From Myxococcales bacterium (GTDB taxonomy: Bacteria > Myxococcota_A > Polyangia > Polyangiales > DASUME01), in assembly GCA_047601445.1 (NCBI GenBank), contig JASGJH010000001.1:5280001-5344000 (forward strand): a DNA stretch of 64,000 nt. Direction: 5' to 3'. The number at the start of each line of letters is the position of its first letter. The stretch's first letter is position 1. The position numbers and the translations under genes are program-made. Shown one piece after another: positions 57,831 to 64,000 of the stretch. The notes under the pieces were generated by a model that did no database searches, was not told the DNA's origin, and saw only the letters and a list, made by a program, of their open reading frames with translations.

Positions 57831-58256
57831 ATGCAACAGAACGATCCGTTTGCTCCGATACTGCGGCGCCTGAAGGGCCAGACCGATCGCCAGATCCTGA
57901 CGGACATCGAGCGCGCGGGTGGCGTGGAAGCTGCCCTCGACGCGGTGTTCAACGGCATGGCTGCGGCCTTTCGTCCCGAGCGTGCGGGCCGGCGCGAGCT
58001 GGTCATCCAGTACGACATCGGGACGCCCCGGGGCACCCTGAACTATCAGGTGGCCCTGCGAGGTGGCGCGTGCCGTGCCGAGCGCGGAAGCGCGACGCGG
58101 GCCGAGATCCTGATCTCGCTGTCGCTGCCGAACTTCCTGCGCCTGGTGATGGGAAACCTGCGACCCACCCTCGCCTATCTGACAGGAAAGCTGAAGATTT
58201 CGGGAGACCTGATCCTCGGGGCACAGGTCGAGGACTGGTTCGAGCGTCCGGTCTGA
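57831..58256 (+). CDS. SCP2 sterol/lipid-binding domain protein
   Basis: FRPERAG...IQYDI...FLRLVMGNLRPTLAYLTGKLKISGD. Confidence 0.88.
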   Translation: MQQNDPFAPILRRLKGQTDRQILTDIERAGGVEAALDAVFNGMAAAFRPERAGRRELVIQYDIGTPRGTLNYQVALRGGACRAERGSATRAEILISLSLPNFLRLVMGNLRPTLAYLTGKLKISGDLILGAQVEDWFERPV

Positions 58257-58295
58257 GGCGGGAGTGTGATCGAGCCTGCAAAATGGCGGTGGGTC

Positions 58296-58324
58296 TTGAC
58301 TTCCTCGCCCACAAACGACACCGT
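58296..58324 (+). promoter_or_regulatory. Putative sigma70-type promoter upstream of the small ORF/araC
   Basis: TTGACT-17 nt-CACCGT. Confidence 0.4.
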
Positions 58325-58629
58325 CGAGGAACGTGCATCTCTTGGAGATGCATTCGTGTGCGTCGCATGAGCCTACCGGCTTCGCGACGTGGGCAAGTAA
58401 CCGACGGAGGACACGTCATCATGAAGACCCATCAGAACCAGATCGCCAACTCGTCGGGGGCTTGCCGCCAAGTCTCGTCATCCACCTCTCGAGGCGTCCG
58501 CCACAGCTGAGAGCGCTCGGCGGGCACGCTGGTGACTCTCGCTTCGCTCGTGGCGGCGCAGGTCTGCGCGCGCGCCTCGAAGCTCGAGCACCCGCTCAGC
58601 TGTCCGCCCTGCCTCAGAGGGAGGTTCCG

Positions 58630-59715
58630 ATGGCTATCAGTGTCCTGTCTGGCGAACGCACCCCTGCGCCCACCCACAGTGGCTTGTGCTCCGCACGCTG
58701 GCTACGGCCCTTCGTGCAGGCGATCCACGAATGCGCGCCGCGCGCGGTCGTGCACGAGCTCGCGCTCGAGCTGAAGCACCTGGGGCTCGATGTCCAGCGC
58801 CTGACCGAGAGTGAAGCGTGGCTGCCCCACGCGCGGGTGGTGGAGCTCCTGGAGCGCGTCAGTCGTGCCTCGGGTCGCCCGGAGCTCGGCCTACGGGCCG
58901 CTCAATGCGTGGCCCCAGGCGACTTCGACGTCATCGAGTACGCCGCGGCCACCTGCGCGAACCTCGGCGACGCCATCCGCTGCGCGGCGCGCCTGGTGCA
59001 ACTCATGAACACGGGTGCCAGGCTAACGCTCAAGGTCAGCGGAGAGCGCGCATTGCTTTGCTACGAGTGCGACGAGGCCGACGAGAGCCACGTCGCGGCC
59101 GAGTTCGTCCTGGCCAGCATGCTGATGCTCGGGCGACGTCTGCTGGGCCTCGAAATCAATCCCGCCGAGGTCAGCCTCAAGCACCCGGCTCCCACCTCCA
59201 TCGAGCACCACGCGAGCCTCTTCCAGGCGCCGATTCGCTTTGGCGCGGCCTGTGACGCGCTGATCATGCCGACCGCCGCGCTGGACATACCCCTGCCGCG
59301 CCCGGAGCCAGCGCTGCACTCCATCCTGCAACGTCATGCCACGGCCATGCTCGAGCGCGTGCCCTGCCGACGCACGTTCAAACAGCAGGTGCTGGATCTG
59401 ATCGCCGAGGAACTGACGAACGGGAATCCTGGCGTGGAGAACCTGGCGCATCGCATGGACATCAGCGCGCGCACCTTCTTGCGTCGACTCAAGGTCGAAG
59501 GCGTGACCCATCGCGAGCTGGTCACGGAGGTGCGGCGCGCCCTCGCGTTGCGCTATCTCGAGAACACCGAGATGAGTGTGGCCGAGATCTCCTTCGTGCT
59601 GGGCTTCTCCACCAGCAACTCCTTCCACAAGGCGTTTCGCCAGTGGCTGGGCACCACGCCGAGCGGCTACCGTCGGCGGACCTCCGCGACGAGCATGTTG
59701 GCTCACGCTGGCTGA
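58630..59715 (+). CDS. AraC-family regulator (Arabinose_bd_2/OruR-like)
   Basis: ELGLRAA...YAAATCANLGDA, FQAPIRFG, ISARTFLRRL, EISFVLGFS...FHKAFRQWLGTTP; RBS before MAISVL. Confidence 0.92.
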   Translation: MAISVLSGERTPAPTHSGLCSARWLRPFVQAIHECAPRAVVHELALELKHLGLDVQRLTESEAWLPHARVVELLERVSRASGRPELGLRAAQCVAPGDFDVIEYAAATCANLGDAIRCAARLVQLMNTGARLTLKVSGERALLCYECDEADESHVAAEFVLASMLMLGRRLLGLEINPAEVSLKHPAPTSIEHHASLFQAPIRFGAACDALIMPTAALDIPLPRPEPALHSILQRHATAMLERVPCRRTFKQQVLDLIAEELTNGNPGVENLAHRMDISARTFLRRLKVEGVTHRELVTEVRRALALRYLENTEMSVAEISFVLGFSTSNSFHKAFRQWLGTTPSGYRRRTSATSMLAHAG

Positions 59716-59743
59716 GTGGGCAGCGGGACCACCAGCCCTGATC

Positions 59744-60046
59744 GTGGCCGTGAGCGTGGACCTGGCCGTGGCGCTCCCGTGGCCGTGGCCGCGCTCGTGA
59801 ACCGGATCGACTTCGTGAAGGTGTTCGACGCCGCCCGAGGCTCACGGATCGATGAGCTTCGTGAGCATCGCCACGATGCGCTCGAGCACGGTAAACGTCC
59901 AGCTTCTGAAAGTGAAGCATGCCCACGATGTCGGTCCCGCGCGGGTTGCGTGCTCGTTCACGAGGGTCGCTCACCTCCACGGGAGCGTTCCCGCTCACGA
60001 GCGCGGGCACGGCCACGGGCGCGACCACGGTCACGGCCACGGCGTC
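59744..60046. repeat. Long imperfect inverted repeat built from GTGGCC-like hexamers
   Basis: Core arms 59776-59829 and 59966-60019 are reverse complements at 43/54 positions by hand count; hexamer arms extend outwards. Confidence 0.8.
59842..59920 (-). pseudogene. Internally deleted four-helix-bundle (23S rRNA IVP-like) gene
   Basis: ATG...: MLHFQKLDVYR joined out of frame to LERIVAMLTKLIDP*, matching the usual N- and C-termini of four-helix-bundle proteins with the middle missing. Confidence 0.7.
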
Positions 60047-60083
60047 CCACACCACCACAGGTCTCAAATCGCCAGGTCTTGGC

Positions 60084-63000
60084 TCAGCGTGTATCGTGCG
60101 CCGCCGCCGTCTTTGGGCTGAAGGGAGCCAGCAGCCCGCGGGCAATCTCTTCGAGCTCTGGCAGTGCCGGCGGCGCCAACTCCGAGTTCTCGGGGAGCGC
60201 CACCGCTCCAAGCACGTGCAGCTGCCCGCGCTCCTCGACCACCAACGGGAGGATGCGATAGGCTCCCACGATCTCCCTGCGCGTGCGCTCATCGTGGGTA
60301 CCCGACGCCAGGGTCGCCGTGGTGCCGCGGGAGAGATCCTCGAGCACTTCCCGGGCACGGGCGAGGACGCCAGCCGGTGCTTCGCTGAAGCCGCTCGCCG
60401 CCGCCAGGCTGATCTCCAAGCCCTCGCGCTCGAAGAACAGGCCCTGCTGCGCGTTGCTCATCCGCAAGATGGCGTCGAGTGCCAGGCGCTGTCGGCTGCC
60501 ACGGTCGGCGCAGCGCACCAGGTTGTCGAAGGTCTCGCTGAGCGCGGGCGCACGAATACTCGGCCGTCGCCAGGGCGCCTTCAAGGCGAGCAGGTTGAGC
60601 TGTTCGAAGCGCCGCAACAGCGCGGGGTTGTCGCTGAGTCCGAACCAGTGCCTGACTTGCGAGGCCTGGCGCTCGAATGCCTGCTCGTCTCCCATCCGAA
60701 AGGCTACTTGAGCGCGGGCCGCGTGCAGGCTCCCGCGCAGGAAGGGATTTTCACCGGTCATGCCGCTCTCCAGGAGCACGTCGAGACGAGCGGCGGCGGC
60801 GGTGCCCTTGCCAAGGCCTGCCTCGGCCATCGCCCACTCGATGTGCAGCCACAATGACATCAGCGGATACTCCGCGTCGCCGGGGCGGGCCGTCCCCGCG
60901 CTGTCGCGGCACAGCTGTTCGGCCTCCTCGAACTGCCCCTGCCCATTGTGGCAAGCGGCGAGGTTGGCGCGCGCCAGCAGCCAACCGGCGAAGCTGCGCG
61001 GCTGCTTTCCGGACAAGGCTTCCTCCCACAGACTCTGCGCCAGGGCGTATTCGCCGCGTGCGTAGGCCAGGCCCGCGCGGGTCTGGGCCGCATACAGCGC
61101 AAGAGACGGGATGCGCTGGCTCAGATCCGCGAACAGCTCGCTCACGCGCTTGGCGTTCACCACGTCGCCCGAGCGCGCGTAGAGCACCGAAGAGACGGCC
61201 GACTCCCAGATCTCTGCCTGCCAGGCCGACCCCACCAGGATGGCGTAGGCCTCCACGGTCTCGCGGTATTGCTCCGCCTTTTCGAGCTCACCACGGCATA
61301 CGTGATAGGCGATGCGCAGCTGGTGGGCGAGCATACGGTGCATGGCGATGCCACCGTGAGCGAGAGCTTTGGCGGTGTCGATGGCCTCGTCGGTGGCCTT
61401 CATGGTCTGATTGACCCCCAGCGCATAGCGCGCGCCGCCGATCCACAAGATGCGCGAGGTCTGGGAGATCTCCCGATAGTTCTGGGTATCCGAGAAGCGT
61501 GCCGCGAGCTCGGCAAAGCGCGCCGAGCTCTCGTGAGGGTGGTCTTCGATCAGCGACAGCAATGCGACGCTGAAGTCATGGGCGCCGTCGAGCGCGGAGC
61601 GCTTGCCGAGCCAGGACAAAGCCCGCAGGGTCTTGGTGGCCCGAGCCGCGGTCTCGCGATCGAACACGGCCGCCGCCGCCCCCACCAACGCCGACGCACT
61701 GCCGATGCTGCGAATGAAGAGCTCCCCCACGCTGGGATGGACACGCGGCCGCAGCACGACGTAGCGCAGGGTAGCCAACATCAGAGAAACCAGGATGGCC
61801 AGCTTGCGGCCCAAGAACCGCCCGAGCTTGCGCGCGAGCGTGATGCCCAGCACGTCCTCGATCGCTTCGAGGGTCTTGGCTCCGTAGCGCTGAGCCCAGC
61901 GCCAATCCGCGTAGAAGCTCGCATCGGCGAGTCCGAGCAGCAGCGGCAGGCGCATGTAGCGGGAACTGCCGAGGAGCTCGAGTTCATCGTGCGCGCGGGC
62001 CAGGATGGGGGCGAACTGATGGATGCTGTCGTTCATCTCCTCCATCGCACGGGCGGCCACCGAATAGACGCACTCCGCACCGCGCAGGCGGTCGCCGCCT
62101 TCCATCAGGTGGTTGCCGGCCTGCATCTTCATGAAGGAGTCGAGGGTGGGCAGCGCTAGCAGCACCTCGCCGATTTGCCGGTGGTGCACGACCAACTCTT
62201 CGGCCGCCATCCGCAAGGCGAGCGTCTGGCGCAGTGCGTCGCTGGAGAATCGGCACAGCTTGCCCTCCACCACCAGCACCCGGCTTTGCACGAGATCGTC
62301 CAAGATCAGGTAGCCGCTCCTCGCGAAGCGCTGTGCCAGCGCCAGGCAGAGCTCCAGCGACAGCGTGACCTTCACCAGGCTCAATGTCTGAGCGAGGCTC
62401 AGAGCATCCGCGCCGAGCCCCTTGAGTCGGCCCGTCATGGCCTGGGCCAGATCGGACGAGAGCGTGAGCTCGGGACGCGAACCTGGCAGGAGCCAGATGC
62501 CGTCGACGAAACGCAGGCCCCCTTCCGCGAGCAAGGTATCGACGAGCTCGATGCAGTGCAAAGGACTGCCGGCGGTCAGGTCGTAGATCCACCTCGAACA
62601 CCGCACGAGGTTGGTGGCATCACCGAAGATCGACCTGAGGAGCTCGGCGGTGGCGCTCTCGGAAAGGGGCTCAAGCCTGTGGACCTGGCTCACACGAATC
62701 AAGGCCTTGAGACCGACCGAGGTCGCGTGGGGCTCGACCGTGGTGCAACTCCCTAGCACCCAGAGTCTGGAGCTGCGCTTGGACGAACGCAGCGAGGCGA
62801 GCAGCGCGAGCGACGCCTCGTCCGCGCGCTCGAGGTTGTCTACCGCCACGAGCAAGCAATGATCCGCCGTCATGCGGTGGAACCATCGCCCCATGGCGTC
62901 GGCGATCTGCTCGCTCCAATCGCCCGGCGTTGGCGAGCCGCGAGAATTCGTGGCAACCCCGAGTCGCTGCGCCAGCTCGGGACCGAGATTGGCGAGCACC

Positions 63001-64000
63001 TGCGCGTGCGAGCGGGCGCTCTCACGGGCCTGCTCCGGGAACGCGTCGAGCAACGCGTGTGCCAGCACCTGTGCGGTCGCGAAGGGATGCGACCCGCTGG
63101 CCTCGGCGCGCAGCACGGCGAAGCCTGCGAGGCGTGCCTTGAGCGCTGCCTCGGCCAGCAAGCGTGTGCGGCCGAAGCCTGAGTCCCCCACGATCAAGCT
63201 GCGATTGGGGATGCCGCCCGCCGCGCCCTCCAGGGCTGCGTCGAAGCGGGCCAGCAGCGCGTCGCGACCCACCAACTCGGGGTTGGTCAAGTACGCCTGT
63301 GCCAGCACTTCGGCCTCGGCGCGCGGCTCGGCCGGCAGCTGACCGATCACGTTGAGTCGCTCGATCACCTCGACGGCGTGGCGCGGACGCGCACCGGGTT
63401 CGAGCGCGAGCAGCGTCATGATGAGCTCGTCGAGCTCGGCTGGGATCGAAGCTTGATGCTTGGAGGGCAGAACGGGTCGGCGCCGCCACAGCTCGAACAA
63501 GTCGTCCATACGCCGCGCAGCAAAGGCGTGCTGCCCCGTCAGTAGCCAGTAAGCCAACGCCCCCAGTGCGTAGAGGTCCGCGCGTTGATCGAGCGGCTCC
63601 TGGCGCAACACTTCGGGCGCCACGAAGGGCGCCGTTCCGACCACGTCGCTGCTGATGCCAAAGCTCGCCAGCGCCCCGAAATCCAGCAGCTTGCAGCGGC
63701 CTTCCTTGGTCCGATAGACGTTGCGCGGCGTCACGTCTCGATGCACCAGACGCCGCGCGTGCAGCAACGCGAGCGAAGTGGCCACGTCACGCAGGCAACG
63801 ACAAGCTTCGCGGTAGGGCAGCGGCCCCCCGTGCTGCAGGTCGCTGCCCCCCTCCAGCAGCTCCATGGTGTAGTAAGGGCCCGCCGGAGAGAAGCCGTAC
63901 TCGTGGACGCGGATGATGTATGGGTGCGCCAGGTGCGCGAGCGTCTGGTACTCGCGTTCGAAGAGACTCACCATGCGCGGGTTGCGCGCGCTCTCGCCGC
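60084..64000 (-). CDS. Ser/Thr kinase-ATPase-TPR multidomain protein, partial (start beyond right edge)
   Basis: HRDVTPRN, DFG, GTAPFVAPE; LVGRD, GDSGFGRT, VAVDNLERAD, GSPL; TPR-like helices; frame open to the window end. Confidence 0.88.
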   Translation of the reverse strand, partial: GESARNPRMVSLFEREYQTLAHLAHPYIIRVHEYGFSPAGPYYTMELLEGGSDLQHGGPLPYREACRCLRDVATSLALLHARRLVHRDVTPRNVYRTKEGRCKLLDFGALASFGISSDVVGTAPFVAPEVLRQEPLDQRADLYALGALAYWLLTGQHAFAARRMDDLFELWRRRPVLPSKHQASIPAELDELIMTLLALEPGARPRHAVEVIERLNVIGQLPAEPRAEAEVLAQAYLTNPELVGRDALLARFDAALEGAAGGIPNRSLIVGDSGFGRTRLLAEAALKARLAGFAVLRAEASGSHPFATAQVLAHALLDAFPEQARESARSHAQVLANLGPELAQRLGVATNSRGSPTPGDWSEQIADAMGRWFHRMTADHCLLVAVDNLERADEASLALLASLRSSKRSSRLWVLGSCTTVEPHATSVGLKALIRVSQVHRLEPLSESATAELLRSIFGDATNLVRCSRWIYDLTAGSPLHCIELVDTLLAEGGLRFVDGIWLLPGSRPELTLSSDLAQAMTGRLKGLGADALSLAQTLSLVKVTLSLELCLALAQRFARSGYLILDDLVQSRVLVVEGKLCRFSSDALRQTLALRMAAEELVVHHRQIGEVLLALPTLDSFMKMQAGNHLMEGGDRLRGAECVYSVAARAMEEMNDSIHQFAPILARAHDELELLGSSRYMRLPLLLGLADASFYADWRWAQRYGAKTLEAIEDVLGITLARKLGRFLGRKLAILVSLMLATLRYVVLRPRVHPSVGELFIRSIGSASALVGAAAAVFDRETAARATKTLRALSWLGKRSALDGAHDFSVALLSLIEDHPHESSARFAELAARFSDTQNYREISQTSRILWIGGARYALGVNQTMKATDEAIDTAKALAHGGIAMHRMLAHQLRIAYHVCRGELEKAEQYRETVEAYAILVGSAWQAEIWESAVSSVLYARSGDVVNAKRVSELFADLSQRIPSLALYAAQTRAGLAYARGEYALAQSLWEEALSGKQPRSFAGWLLARANLAACHNGQGQFEEAEQLCRDSAGTARPGDAEYPLMSLWLHIEWAMAEAGLGKGTAAAARLDVLLESGMTGENPFLRGSLHAARAQVAFRMGDEQAFERQASQVRHWFGLSDNPALLRRFEQLNLLALKAPWRRPSIRAPALSETFDNLVRCADRGSRQRLALDAILRMSNAQQGLFFEREGLEISLAAASGFSEAPAGVLARAREVLEDLSRGTTATLASGTHDERTRREIVGAYRILPLVVEERGQLHVLGAVALPENSELAPPALPELEEIARGLLAPFSPKTAAAHDTR

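Noticed and set aside
59744..60046. Diversity-generating retroelement, given the Avd-like remnant
   Set aside because: No reverse transcriptase and no template/variable repeat pair differing at adenines in the window.

Overview
High-GC bacterial DNA with a gene repertoire typical of Myxococcota (probably Polyangiales-like; inferred from Hanks kinases, PEGA/TPR proteins, Cys-rich lipoproteins and eps-like genes). All family calls come from motif recognition by eye; no database search was run. From left to right: (1) a 753-aa lipoprotein coupled to a di-haem cytochrome c peroxidase/MauG-family gene cut by the left edge and missing from the ORF track. (2) An exopolysaccharide/glycan-modification locus at 3.1-17.4 kb: GT-C, UbiA-type phosphoribosyltransferase, two GT4s, aldo-keto reductase, degenerate FHA, BY-pseudokinase plus co-polymerase, O-acetyltransferase, GH44, PhyH-type dioxygenase, GMC oxidoreductase. 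(3) A kinase/TPR-PEGA/lipoprotein module, a frameshifted TraB/GumN gene, an orphan groES, TolC plus multicopper oxidase, a MerR regulator with a 19-bp-spacer promoter, a PPIase/HupE-UreJ pair and a secreted metallophosphoesterase with 55-aa repeats. (4) A patch of decayed genes at 34.4-36.1 kb. (5) Amidohydrolase, DUF3011-porin and AspT. (6) A ~17 kb block at 42.4-59.7 kb mixing lipid-handling genes (FadL, SCP2, BVMO, ALDH) with glycosidases (GH13, GH38, GH36), a ROK kinase, a double C-type lectin and an AraC regulator, proposed here as a glycolipid-utilisation system. (7) A ~300 bp inverted-repeat element enclosing an internally deleted four-helix-bundle (23S rRNA IVP-like) gene. (8) A kinase-ATPase-TPR protein cut by the right edge. 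I saw no rRNA, tRNA, CRISPR array or transposase.
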